A DNA stretch of 29,022 nt from Promethearchaeota archaeon (lineage in GTDB: Archaea; Asgardarchaeota; Lokiarchaeia; Sigyniarchaeales; SOKP01): contig JAHLWP010000042.1 of NCBI GenBank assembly GCA_019057865.1, positions 1 to 29,022 on the forward strand. The letters are read 5' to 3'. The stretch's first letter is position 1. Each line of letters starts with the position of its first letter. The translations under genes were made by a program, and so were the position numbers. Shown here piece after piece: positions 16,642 through 26,316 of this stretch. Below the pieces are notes generated by a model that made no database searches, was not told where the DNA came from, and saw only the letters and a list, made by a program, of their open reading frames with translations.

Positions 16642-16669
16642 ATTAACTTTAAGTAAGATTAAAGTTAAG
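16642..16669. repeat. Inverted repeat with 10-bp arms and 6-bp spacer (TTAACTTTAA-GTAAGA-TTAAAGTTAA)
   Basis: Perfect arms at 16643-16652 and 16659-16668 in an intergenic position. Confidence 0.7.
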
Positions 16670-16732
16670 ACTTACCTTAATTAATATTATTAAAGATAGT
16701 CTTTTGGAAGTACATTATTTGGAGATATATTT

Positions 16733-17176
16733 TTGAAAATTTTAATTAATAAAGTCCATCAAAATTATAAAGATGATAATTGCCATGAAGCATGGATACA
16801 AGCTCAGCTAACAAGTAATCGCGAAATTAAAATTTTCGACCCAGACTGTTTAATTCCTAAGGATTGTGAAAATAAAATTATTGAGTGTTTAATTTCACTG
16901 ATGATATGGGAAGACGCTCCTTATTTTACCGAGTTAAATGGGAAATATTTAGGAAAGTATAGAATCTCATCAATAGAGAGAGAGAAATATGTAATTCCTA
17001 CCTATTTAAAAGATCTTGATATAGACAAAAAAAATTATCTCGAAGGACTTTATGCTTTTCAAACTGAAGAGGGTTTATTTTTTGTAGAAAAAGATAGATT
17101 ACATGGAAAAGAAGGTGAAGAAATCAAGATTAAAGTGTTTAGATTTGATGTCTTTGCATGGTTTCCGAGTCAATAA
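16733..17176 (+). CDS. Hypothetical protein, 147 aa, beta-rich orphan
   Basis: TTG start with GGAG SD; ends 1 nt from the convergent tryptophanase stop. Confidence 0.7.
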   Translation: MKILINKVHQNYKDDNCHEAWIQAQLTSNREIKIFDPDCLIPKDCENKIIECLISLMIWEDAPYFTELNGKYLGKYRISSIEREKYVIPTYLKDLDIDKKNYLEGLYAFQTEEGLFFVEKDRLHGKEGEEIKIKVFRFDVFAWFPSQ

Positions 17177-17177
17177 T

Positions 17178-18788
17178 CTATTTAATATAAATTGGTTGAA
17201 GCCCTGTTTGAAAATGACGTAATCTGAGTTTGGCACCTCGAGATATCTTTACTTTAGGGATTTTATCTCGATTATAATATAATTCTGTTATTGCTGCTAC
17301 AGCATAATCTATATGTTCATTTCCATATAAATTTCTAGGAATTGCAAACCTTACTAAGTTTAGGATTCCTTCTCTTTGTTCAGGAGTTTTTTTATCCCAT
17401 TCAAAAGCAAACGGACCTAATTCACAAGCTCTAATCCCATAATGTCTTAGGAGTTCAATCGTAAAACCAACTCCCCCAAAGTCTCCGGTTTTTATATTAG
17501 TCCCCTCGAAAAATTTATCCATATTTAGGTATACTGCATGTCCCCCAGCAGGTAGAATTACAGGCAATCCATTAATTGCTAATTTTTGGGCAAAGTTCCT
17601 TACCTGCATTATTCTTTTTCTTAACGAATTTTGATGAATAGTTTCATAGAGACTTGTAGCTAGGGCCATTATATCTCGCCCACTTAAGCCCCCGTATGAA
17701 TCATTCCCAAATGTAAGTATTTGCTTTTCTTTTAATTTAATTCCAATATCGTCTTCAACTGAGAATTTTTGATGAAACATACCTCTATCTTTAAAGAACA
17801 ACCCTCCTCCAATGTTTGCCATTCCTTTTTTAAAGCTAATGGTGAAGCCGTCCACATAAGAAAACATTTCTCTCACGATACTTGGAATAGTTTTATTCTT
17901 ATACCCATTTTCAAATTCTTTAATAAAATTGGCATTTTCAGCAAATCTGCAAGCATCAAAGAAGAGAGGGATATTATATTTTTTGGCAATTTTATTAACT
18001 TCTTTAATATTACTCATCGAAACTGGTTGACCAGCAGCAGTATTATTAGTAATTGTTATATAGATTAATGGAATAGATTCTACTGATTTTTCTTGAATAA
18101 GTGTTTCTAATGCTTTAACATCCATATTCCCTTTAAATGGATTTCTAATATTCATCTCATCATAAGGAAAATCATCTAAAAGATTAGCCGAAAAAAAATT
18201 TATAGGAATGATACCATTAGCATTAATATTTGCTTCAGTAGTATCAAAATGGCCATTATTAGGTATAAAATATTCTTCTTCTCGATTTCTTTCCTTTAAT
18301 ATTGGGGCTATGGTCGAAAAAAGTAAATGTTCAGCACAGCGACCCTGGGGAACGATAAAAGCATTGGGGCGCGAAAGTTGGCTAACTCCACCGTTAACAA
18401 ATCCTCCTTGATAATCTGTTATATAAAGCTCATCCATCAATTTTTTAATATTAGTTTCACCAGAAAGAACTAAATCTATAGAATGTTTTGGTTTATCTCC
18501 TCTTTCAAAAGTGTCTCTAATGGCCTCAAGAAGAACATAATAACCTTTATTACGGGCATATGATTCATCTCCATGAAATAGTGCAGACCATTGTAAATCT
18601 GTCATTGTCCCAGAGCCAGAATCTGATAAAAAATCTACGAAAATTAAATCTGCTGGAAATGAGAACATATTATATTCAGTTTTTTTAAGCGCGTATTCAC
18701 GTTGTTCTTTTGTAACCTCTTTTATTGTTCTAACAACTAAAGGCTTATTTGCAGGAATCGCAACTCCTAATTCATTTTGAGATTTCAA
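17178..18788 (-). CDS. tnaA: Tryptophanase (tryptophan indole-lyase), PLP-dependent beta-eliminating lyase
   Basis: DFLSDSG, GDESY, QGRCAE, TNNTAAGQPVSM, DACRFAENA, PLP-lysine SFKK, YGGLSGRD, GGHAVY. HFDTT, CELG and LRHF match tryptophanase rather than tyrosine phenol-lyase (YFTTT, MERG, LRFF). TTG start with AGGTGA SD. Confidence 0.9.
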   Translation of the reverse strand: MKSQNELGVAIPANKPLVVRTIKEVTKEQREYALKKTEYNMFSFPADLIFVDFLSDSGSGTMTDLQWSALFHGDESYARNKGYYVLLEAIRDTFERGDKPKHSIDLVLSGETNIKKLMDELYITDYQGGFVNGGVSQLSRPNAFIVPQGRCAEHLLFSTIAPILKERNREEEYFIPNNGHFDTTEANINANGIIPINFFSANLLDDFPYDEMNIRNPFKGNMDVKALETLIQEKSVESIPLIYITITNNTAAGQPVSMSNIKEVNKIAKKYNIPLFFDACRFAENANFIKEFENGYKNKTIPSIVREMFSYVDGFTISFKKGMANIGGGLFFKDRGMFHQKFSVEDDIGIKLKEKQILTFGNDSYGGLSGRDIMALATSLYETIHQNSLRKRIMQVRNFAQKLAINGLPVILPAGGHAVYLNMDKFFEGTNIKTGDFGGVGFTIELLRHYGIRACELGPFAFEWDKKTPEQREGILNLVRFAIPRNLYGNEHIDYAVAAITELYYNRDKIPKVKISRGAKLRLRHFQTGLQPIYIK

Positions 18789-18971
18789 AACATTTCACCT
18801 AGTTTGAAAATTCAAACCAATTTTTTAATTATTTTGGTATTATCTGAATGGTGATTCATAATTTAGAAATATTATAAGAAATATTCTAAGGCATTTAGAT
18901 TAATTTTTCAATGTTTAAAAATTTAAATATAACTAGTTATTTATGAAGAAAGCAGATTATTGAAGAATCGA

Positions 18972-19502
18972 TTAAAAGATTGATTTTTCAATCATTATTC
19001 GACTTATCTTTTTAAAGACTTCTTCTACATTTTCACCAGTTTTAGATGAACACTCAATAAAATCAAAAAAATTATTCTCCTTGGCAAAATTTTTTCCTTC
19101 TTCTTTAGATACTGTTCTATTTTCTTCAAGATCGAATTTAGACCCTAATAGAATTGTAGAAACTTCCTGACTATATTCTTTATTGGCTTTAATAAATGCA
19201 GCTAACCACTCATTTAACGATTCAAATGTTGGATATCTGGTAATATCATATACAAATATGGTACCTTGTGCCCCAATAACAGCACTAGGTAAAAGAAATC
19301 TGAATTTTTCTTCTCCGGCAAAATCCCATATTTGTAAAGATATTTTATTTCCATCAAGTTCAAGTTTTTTCAAATAAAAATCCATACCAATTGTTAATTG
19401 ATATCTTTCTTCGAAAATTCCTGTTAAATATCGATTAGTTAGAGTTGTTTTACCAACTCCTCCATCTCCAAAAATACATACTTTATATTTTGTATAAGCC
19501 AT
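18972..19502 (-). CDS. Rab-like small GTPase
   Basis: G1 GDGGVGKTT, RabF1 TIGMDF, RabF2 SLQIWD, G3 DFAGE, FVYDIT, G4 GSKFD, G5 ECSSK. Confidence 0.93.
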   Translation of the reverse strand: MAYTKYKVCIFGDGGVGKTTLTNRYLTGIFEERYQLTIGMDFYLKKLELDGNKISLQIWDFAGEEKFRFLLPSAVIGAQGTIFVYDITRYPTFESLNEWLAAFIKANKEYSQEVSTILLGSKFDLEENRTVSKEEGKNFAKENNFFDFIECSSKTGENVEEVFKKISRIMIEKSIF

Positions 19503-19727
19503 TTTCTAGAGCTTTTTCTAAAATAGTTGGTTCTAATTTTTACCAATTTATAATGATAAAATCTAGCTTAAATAAATTGAATTTTTAATTTAAAGATTTA
19601 TTAATACATAGATTTATAAGTGTATAAACATAGGAGTGCTATTTAACTAAAATATCAAAATTTTAAATCGAATGAATATTCTATGATTTTAAAATAAAAA
19701 GAGTATGTAACAATAAGTGAAATAATT

Positions 19728-21419
19728 ATGGAGTTACCAGATTATATAAAAAATCAGTACTGGAAGGATTATTTACCTCCAGGAATATCTTTAGAAATCG
19801 AGATTCCAGAAGATATCTCTTTAGTTGAGATTTTTGAAAAAGGTGCTAAAGAATATAGCGATAATATAGCAATGGATTATTATGGAAGAGAATTTACGTT
19901 TAAAGAAATGGACAATTTAACAAGAAGATTTGCCAGTGTCTTATTGAATCTAGGTCTAAAAAAAGGAGATGTTGTTGCTCTATGGTTACCAAATTGCCCA
20001 CACTTTAGCATTTGTTATTTTGCTACATTAAGTCTTGGTGCAACCTTAACAGCTATTAGCCCTTTGTTTATTGCGAGAGAAATGGCTTATCAAATAAAGG
20101 ATTCAGGTGCTAAATTTCTAATAATGATTGATAGATTTTTTCCTCAATATAAACGAACTAAAGATGAGTTACCATTAGAAAAAGTAATTCTTGTTAATGT
20201 TGAAGGTAAAACTCCCGATATTCCTGAAGATGACAAAATTATCCATTTTAATACCTTAATGGATCAAAATCCCGAACCTATCAATGATTTTAAAATCGAA
20301 ATTAATCCTAAAGAACATATAGCTGTTATTCAATATACAGGAGGAACAACAGGTTTACCTAAAGGAGCAATGCTTACGCATTATAATATTATTGCAAATA
20401 TTTATCAAATGAAGCAAATTTCCGATTATATGAGAGAGGTATATCTTAAAGAAAATTTCATAAGTCTTTCAGTGCTTCCATGGTATCATATTTATGGGCA
20501 AACATGTGAACTTGCTCAAGGTCCTTTATTTGGTTCAAAAGGAATAATAATGGCTACATTCGATATCCCCAAAATCCTTGAAGTAATTCAGAAGCACAAA
20601 CCAAATTTAATGCTTGGAGTACCAACTATGTTTATAAATCTCCTAAATTATCCCCAGAGTAAAAATATAGATTTTTCTTGTTTAAAATATGTAAATGTTG
20701 GAGCAGGAGCTTTACCTACAGAATTATTTAAAGCGTGGGAAGAAAAGACGGGTTTTGCTATGGGAGAAGGCTATGGGTTATCAGAGACAAGTCCAACAGT
20801 CACAAATTCTCCACCTTGGGCAAGAAAAAAATTTGGAAGTTGTGGTCATCCAGTAGCAAACACTTTAGTAGGTATTGTGAATGAAAATTTAGAATTTTTA
20901 CCTATTGGTGAAGCTGGAGAACTTGTGGTTTCAGGTCCCCAAGTAATGAAAGGTTACCATAATAGACCAGAAGAAACCAAAAAAGTATTCTTTGAAGCGG
21001 GTGGATATCGTTGGCTTCGAACTGGAGATTATGCCAAACTTGATGAAGAAGGATATATATTTTTACTTGATCGTATTAAGGATATGATAAAGTACAAGGG
21101 ACACAGTGTATATCCGAGAGAAATTGAGGAAATTTTATATGAACATCCAGCTATTTTGGAATGTGGGGTAGTTGGAGTACCTGATCCAGTAAAAGGAGAA
21201 GAAATATTGGCTCATATAATACTTAAGCCAGATTATAGAGGTAAAGTTACTGAACAAGAAATTATTAATTGGACAAAAGAAAATATGGCAGCATTCAAAT
21301 ATCCTAGAATTGTAAAATTTGTACGCAGTTTACCTAAAAGTGCTGTTGGAAAAGTATTAAGACGAGTTATTAGAGAGAAAGAAGCTAAAAAAGCAGCAAA
21401 AAAAAAATTAATAAAATAA
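19728..21419 (+). CDS. fadD: Long-chain fatty acid-CoA ligase (FadD/LcfA family)
   Basis: YTGGTTGLPKG AMP-binding loop, EGYGLSETSP, GPQVMKGY, WLRTGD, DRIKDMI, LPKSAVGKVLRR. Confidence 0.93.
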   Translation: MELPDYIKNQYWKDYLPPGISLEIEIPEDISLVEIFEKGAKEYSDNIAMDYYGREFTFKEMDNLTRRFASVLLNLGLKKGDVVALWLPNCPHFSICYFATLSLGATLTAISPLFIAREMAYQIKDSGAKFLIMIDRFFPQYKRTKDELPLEKVILVNVEGKTPDIPEDDKIIHFNTLMDQNPEPINDFKIEINPKEHIAVIQYTGGTTGLPKGAMLTHYNIIANIYQMKQISDYMREVYLKENFISLSVLPWYHIYGQTCELAQGPLFGSKGIIMATFDIPKILEVIQKHKPNLMLGVPTMFINLLNYPQSKNIDFSCLKYVNVGAGALPTELFKAWEEKTGFAMGEGYGLSETSPTVTNSPPWARKKFGSCGHPVANTLVGIVNENLEFLPIGEAGELVVSGPQVMKGYHNRPEETKKVFFEAGGYRWLRTGDYAKLDEEGYIFLLDRIKDMIKYKGHSVYPREIEEILYEHPAILECGVVGVPDPVKGEEILAHIILKPDYRGKVTEQEIINWTKENMAAFKYPRIVKFVRSLPKSAVGKVLRRVIREKEAKKAAKKKLIK

Positions 21420-21459
21420 CTTTTGGTTTCCAAAATGACTATTGGTCATATATTTTAAT

Positions 21460-22881
21460 TTATTCGAATTTCTTAGATTCCAGAAATTTAGCCCGTTCAG
21501 TTAATATCTGTTTTATGTTTTCTCTATCACTTGGAAACCATTTCAATGCTATTAGCCAAAGTATAACACCAGGAACAATACATAAAACAACAATTAAGAC
21601 AGTAATTTGGTAATTTGTACTTGTGTAAGCTAAAAGAATTCCGCATAGTAGAGGTCCTATTCCACGCCCAAATTGTTCTAAAAATTGATTCCAGGAAATT
21701 ATTTGCCCTTGAGCTTCAGGTAAATTGATCTGTTGAATTATTGGACTTTGATTTACTAAATATAAAGAAAAAATAGATCTAGAAGTAAAAAATAAAGCTC
21801 CCATCACCCACATAGTTGGAAGGGACATTAAAAAACCAATATTTTTACCTTGTTCAGGAGTTAAATGAACCCAAGGAATAAAAAAGAAGAGAGCAAAAGT
21901 AAATAAACCTCCTATTATAGCAATAACAATTATAGGTAACCTTCTCACTGGATCTTTCAAAGCAATTTTGTCACTAATTCTTGATAAAAATATTTGTCCT
22001 ACTAATCCACCAGTTAAACCAAAAAAAACCATAAACACTCCTACTGAAAATGGAGCAATATTTATAGGTGGATTTTGAACGTAATTTAATATTAAAAAAG
22101 TAAGACTGCTCATAAGAATACAAGTAAATATTCCCTCAATAAGAGCCACAAGATTTGTTTTACTGAGCATTGTCTTATGCATCATTTCTCTATCAATCTG
22201 AAAATCATATTCAATGTTAGAGTCTTGCAGGATATGAAATAATTCTTCTTGCTGGGCACCTCTTTTAGGTTCTTTGTTATGAATTGCAAAGATGATACCT
22301 CCTAAAAGAATGAATACTCCTATACCCCAAAAAAATTCTCTCCATAGACCATTTTGAACTAAATAGGTTGCTATTAACCAACCGATTATATTTGTTGTAG
22401 AACGTACAATTTCATATACCCCAAAAAATCGAGAACGACGATCTCTAGCAACAACATCGTTTGATAATGAAATTACAGCAGGCCAAGTACCCCCTGAAAA
22501 AAATCCAAAAAGGGCAATGAAAGTAAAAAAGTACCACCAAGTATTAACTTCACCTCCTTTAATAGCAAAACCTAGCATAAACATTGAGATCCCCCTAAAG
22601 AGAGAGATTATGATTATAATTTTCTTTCTAGAGTATTTATCAATAAGTCGACCAAAATATAGCCCAGCAAAAGAAGAACTCCAAGATAAAGTTGTATAGA
22701 GAATACCCATTTCTAAAGCATGAATATCCGCTGGATCATTTGGCCAAATAATTAAAGCAAGGGGAACTACAAGTACAATTATTGCACCATAAGCTATACT
22801 TTGGAACCCATTTAATAGGTATAATGGCCAAAAGATTTTATTGAAAGATTTTTCAGAGTTTACTTTATCATCGTTAGCCAT
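21460..22881 (-). CDS. Major facilitator superfamily transporter
   Basis: About 12 TMs; motif A GRLIDKYSRK; second-half SRISDK; EPKRG after TM6. Confidence 0.92.
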   Translation of the reverse strand: MANDDKVNSEKSFNKIFWPLYLLNGFQSIAYGAIIVLVVPLALIIWPNDPADIHALEMGILYTTLSWSSSFAGLYFGRLIDKYSRKKIIIIISLFRGISMFMLGFAIKGGEVNTWWYFFTFIALFGFFSGGTWPAVISLSNDVVARDRRSRFFGVYEIVRSTTNIIGWLIATYLVQNGLWREFFWGIGVFILLGGIIFAIHNKEPKRGAQQEELFHILQDSNIEYDFQIDREMMHKTMLSKTNLVALIEGIFTCILMSSLTFLILNYVQNPPINIAPFSVGVFMVFFGLTGGLVGQIFLSRISDKIALKDPVRRLPIIVIAIIGGLFTFALFFFIPWVHLTPEQGKNIGFLMSLPTMWVMGALFFTSRSIFSLYLVNQSPIIQQINLPEAQGQIISWNQFLEQFGRGIGPLLCGILLAYTSTNYQITVLIVVLCIVPGVILWLIALKWFPSDRENIKQILTERAKFLESKKFE

Positions 22882-23020
22882 ATTTGTAAGCTTACTATAC
22901 TATATTCTTAAGTTGTTTTGTAAAATGAGTTTTGAAATTTTAAGATATTGAAATTGAAGAATTACGAATTCTTTTAAAAAAAAAATAGAAATAAAGCTAT
23001 TTATTAGATTTCATGAAAAT

Positions 23021-23533
23021 CTAACAACAGCCACCATGGTCATGGTTGTGATTATGATCGTGTCCACAACTACACATGTTTGGTGTATCAGGTTCACAAT
23101 TGGTTTCAACAATTTTAATTTTAAAATTTAAAACCTTACCTGCCATTGGATGATTTAAATCGATAATAACATCATTTTCCTCAATTGACTTAATTGAAGC
23201 AAGCATTTGACCTTGTGGTCCCATAACCATCAGCATCATACCTGATTGGGGTTCAGGACCTTTGGGAAATTGATCTTTTGGAACTCTTTGAGTGAGACCT
23301 TCCTTGTATTCTCCATACGCTTCGGAAGGTTTAAGTTTAATTGTATATTCTTCACCAGGTTCTTTTCCGATAACAGAGTTATCGAATCCCGTAATTAATT
23401 GCCCTTCTCCTACTTGAAACTTTAAAGGAAGCCCTTCGTTTTTTTCTGTACTATCAAAAACTGTCCCATTATCAAAAGTTCCTAAGTATTTAACTTTTAT
23501 CCATTCTCCTCTTTTAACTGCCATTCTAATCAT
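23021..23533 (-). CDS. slyD: SlyD-type FKBP peptidyl-prolyl isomerase with His/Cys-rich tail (start may be the Met of MAVKRG)
   Basis: VKYLGTFDNGTVFDST, LKPSEAYG, IDLNHPMAGKVLNF; tail CSCGHDHNHNHDHGGCC. Confidence 0.93.
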   Translation of the reverse strand: MIRMAVKRGEWIKVKYLGTFDNGTVFDSTEKNEGLPLKFQVGEGQLITGFDNSVIGKEPGEEYTIKLKPSEAYGEYKEGLTQRVPKDQFPKGPEPQSGMMLMVMGPQGQMLASIKSIEENDVIIDLNHPMAGKVLNFKIKIVETNCEPDTPNMCSCGHDHNHNHDHGGCC

Positions 23534-23735
23534 ATTTAAGAATTATTAAGAAGATAATTGAATCATAATTTATTAGTAAATTGATTATATTTTAAATACC
23601 AACTTTAGAAAGTAATTTTAATGTCTTAATTCATTTTTTATTCTAACTTCTATTAAAGTTCAATTAGATATTCTATTTATTTTTTAATTAATTAAATTTT
23701 ATAAAGAGAAGATATTTCTAAGGTGAAATAAGGAA

Positions 23736-24047
23736 ATGTCAAAAATAAAAATTACTGTTGTAAAACAATTTGGTCCTGAGGATGTGTTAGGGCATGAATT
23801 TATACGAGCTGATGGGACCCCAATTACGAAATGTGGTTTGAAAGAAGGTATGGAATTTATAGTGGATGAAACAGGCGACATGCCAGAAGGGTTCTGTCAT
23901 CATGCATGGTACGGATTATACAAGAATGTGTCAATTTTACAATACGGGGGTGGATTTCCCACTTGGACTGGAGAGAATATGATTTATACCGCATGTCCAG
24001 ATGGTATCCGACCTGTATGTTTCAAATTAGAACGAATTACTGATTAA
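23736..24047 (+). CDS. TIGR04076 family Cys-containing small protein
   Basis: KIKITVVK, CGLKEGMEF, PEGFCHHAW, ACPDGIRPVCFKLER; AGGTGA SD. Confidence 0.85.
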   Translation: MSKIKITVVKQFGPEDVLGHEFIRADGTPITKCGLKEGMEFIVDETGDMPEGFCHHAWYGLYKNVSILQYGGGFPTWTGENMIYTACPDGIRPVCFKLERITD

Positions 24048-24142
24048 ATCATTTTTTTTTTTTTGTAAATTAAACGTGCGAATGAATTAATACGAGCAAA
24101 AATTTACTTTCTTAAATAAATCTGTTTTAAGGTATTGGTTTC

Positions 24143-24832
24143 ATGGTTTTAAAAGAGTGGAAATCATGGTCATTTATTTTTATAATGGTTGGTAGTCTCC
24201 AATTTATCGTTTTAACACTCATCGCAATGTTCTATTATAAAGGGGGGACATACATTGACCAATCAACGTCAGGATATTTGTTCTGGAATAATTTGTTTAG
24301 TGATTTAGGTAGAACTATCGCACACTCTGGATTGACTAATAGAATTTCATTCATCATATTTACAGTAACACTTTTAATCTGGGGTTTTTCTCATATTCCT
24401 TTTTATATTGCATTTTCATTTATTTTAAGAGAAAATAAAAAACAAAAACAGCTTAGTAAGGCAGGATCTATTTTAGGTGTTCTTACAGGAATTTCATATA
24501 TGGGGATTGCACTTACACCATCAGATATTTTAAATGATGCCCATAATTTTTTCGTTCTTATGGCATTTTCACCTATATTTGTTAGTATTATTATATATTC
24601 TATTGTAATTTACCATAACAAATCCTATTCTAATTTTTACTCTTACGTTCTGGTAATCTCAGCAATAATTCTAGCATTATTTTATATTTCACTGCTTCTA
24701 ATGCCAGATAAGTCGATACAAATAGAATTATTTATTCAAGTATTAGGACAGAAAATAGCGATGTATACATTATTGATATCTGGTTTTATTCAAGGTTATG
24801 GAGCATGGAAGTATTTAGATAGAATGAAATAA
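24143..24832 (+). CDS. Five-TM membrane protein, DUF998-like
   Basis: TM1 followed by GY...NNLFSDLG; H after TM3 (DAHNFF); alternating TMs. Confidence 0.7.
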   Translation: MVLKEWKSWSFIFIMVGSLQFIVLTLIAMFYYKGGTYIDQSTSGYLFWNNLFSDLGRTIAHSGLTNRISFIIFTVTLLIWGFSHIPFYIAFSFILRENKKQKQLSKAGSILGVLTGISYMGIALTPSDILNDAHNFFVLMAFSPIFVSIIIYSIVIYHNKSYSNFYSYVLVISAIILALFYISLLLMPDKSIQIELFIQVLGQKIAMYTLLISGFIQGYGAWKYLDRMK

Positions 24833-24918
24833 TTATACACTTTTAGATAAAAAGTATAAGAATAGTGATAACTTATATTATAATTATATTTATAATAAAA
24901 AATTAAAGCGAAATTGTA

Positions 24919-26220
24919 ATGAATTCAAAACTAAAAAGAATAATTACTATGGTTTTTGGTATTTTTTTAATACTTATTATATCATTCTATTATCCAAATT
25001 TCTATTTTAATCAAGAACGGAGCAATAATGAATTATTAATTCCAGAGGATCATAATCCAAAGATTGCTGCTGGCGATTGGGATAATGAAATAAAAAAAAA
25101 TGTTGGACCCGAACCCACAAGCGTTTTTGTAGGAGATGCTAATAATGATGGGTATAATGATATCTTAACTGCTAATTGGGGTGGTAATGCTTACTCTGTA
25201 ATACTATGGAACCCAGTTAATAATGATTGGGATTTTCATTTTTATAGAGTAGTTGGAATACGACCATATAGTGTTTTTGTCGAAGATGCTAATAATGATG
25301 ATTTTAATGATATTGTAGTTTCTAATTCAGCAGATCGAGATGTTTCAATAACGTTATGGAATGAAACTGAAGGAGATTGGGATGACCAAATAAGGAGATC
25401 CGTTGGATGGTTGCCTAGAAGTGTTTTTATCGGGGACGCTGATAACGATGGATTTAATGATATTGTAACTTCCAATGCTAATGATAATAATGTTTCTATT
25501 CTACTGTGGAATGGAACAGATTGGGACCCCGAGATTACAAGATCAGTTGGAGTAGGTCCTTATAGTGTGTTCGTTGGAGACGCAAATAATGATGGATTAA
25601 ATGATATAATAACTGCAAATATACTTGACGCCACTGTTTCAATACTGAGCTGGAACACAACCCTTGTAGATTGGGATTCTCAGTTAACAACTTATGCCGG
25701 TTCCACTCCTCGTAGTGTTTTTGTTGGAGATGCAAACAACGATGGATATAATGATATTATAACTGCTAGTCAAAGTGGTGAATATGTTTCTATACTTATA
25801 TGGAATCCACTTTTTAAAAATTGGAGTTGGCCATACTTTTTAAGTAATATAAATGGTGCCTATTCTGCTGTTATTGGTGATATAGATAACGATGGCTTAA
25901 ATGATATAGTAACAACAGAAACACATAGTAGTAGGATCGCAATATTCTTATGGGACATAAATTTAGGGAATTGGTCTACCCGAATATCAAAGAATGTTGG
26001 AAGTGGTCCTGAAAGTATTTTTATAGGAGACGCTAATAATGATGAATATAATGATATTGTTATTGCTAACCGATGGGATGATGAAATTTCTATATTTTTA
26101 TGGCATGAGAAAACCAAAAAAGAACAAGTTATTCCCAGTTACAACTTAGCAATTATATTAGGTCTCTTATGTATAATATCCATAATCTTAATTAAAAAAC
26201 GACTTAAATCAAATATTTAA
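24919..26220 (+). CDS. Cell-surface FG-GAP/VCBS repeat protein (7-bladed beta-propeller) with C-terminal Loki-CTERM-like anchor
   Basis: N-terminal signal/TM; seven ~50-aa repeats P.SVFVGDANNDG.NDI.TAN; IPSYN-TM-KKR C-terminus. Confidence 0.9.
   Translation: MNSKLKRIITMVFGIFLILIISFYYPNFYFNQERSNNELLIPEDHNPKIAAGDWDNEIKKNVGPEPTSVFVGDANNDGYNDILTANWGGNAYSVILWNPVNNDWDFHFYRVVGIRPYSVFVEDANNDDFNDIVVSNSADRDVSITLWNETEGDWDDQIRRSVGWLPRSVFIGDADNDGFNDIVTSNANDNNVSILLWNGTDWDPEITRSVGVGPYSVFVGDANNDGLNDIITANILDATVSILSWNTTLVDWDSQLTTYAGSTPRSVFVGDANNDGYNDIITASQSGEYVSILIWNPLFKNWSWPYFLSNINGAYSAVIGDIDNDGLNDIVTTETHSSRIAIFLWDINLGNWSTRISKNVGSGPESIFIGDANNDEYNDIVIANRWDDEISIFLWHEKTKKEQVIPSYNLAIILGLLCIISIILIKKRLKSNI
25102..26103 (+). 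repeat. Seven ~150-nt intragenic FG-GAP-type repeats
   Basis: Units start near 25102, 25252, 25402, 25546, 25696, 25846 and 25996, each with a D.(N/D)ND..ND Ca-binding loop. Confidence 0.9.
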
Positions 26221-26316
26221 TATTTTTTTTTTCTATTTAGTCCATACATTATCTTTTTTTCAAAATCTTGCAAAGTACTCAAGAAAATATCATACTTTTG
26301 ATACTTGAATTGGATT

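Noticed and set aside
17769-23881. Short ORFs at 17769, 18208, 19183, 21233, 22517 and 23699
   Set aside because: Antisense shadows of tnaA, the Rab-like GTPase, fadD, the MFS gene and TIGR04076.
24065-24107. GTAAATT...AATTTAC hairpin containing ATGA...GA as a possible SECIS element
   Set aside because: The upper stem is too short and the neighbouring genes have no in-frame TGA at a Cys position.
25102-26103. Regular 150-nt repeats as a CRISPR array or DGR target
   Set aside because: Repeats are degenerate at synonymous positions within one ORF; no identical repeats with spacers, no cas or reverse transcriptase gene.
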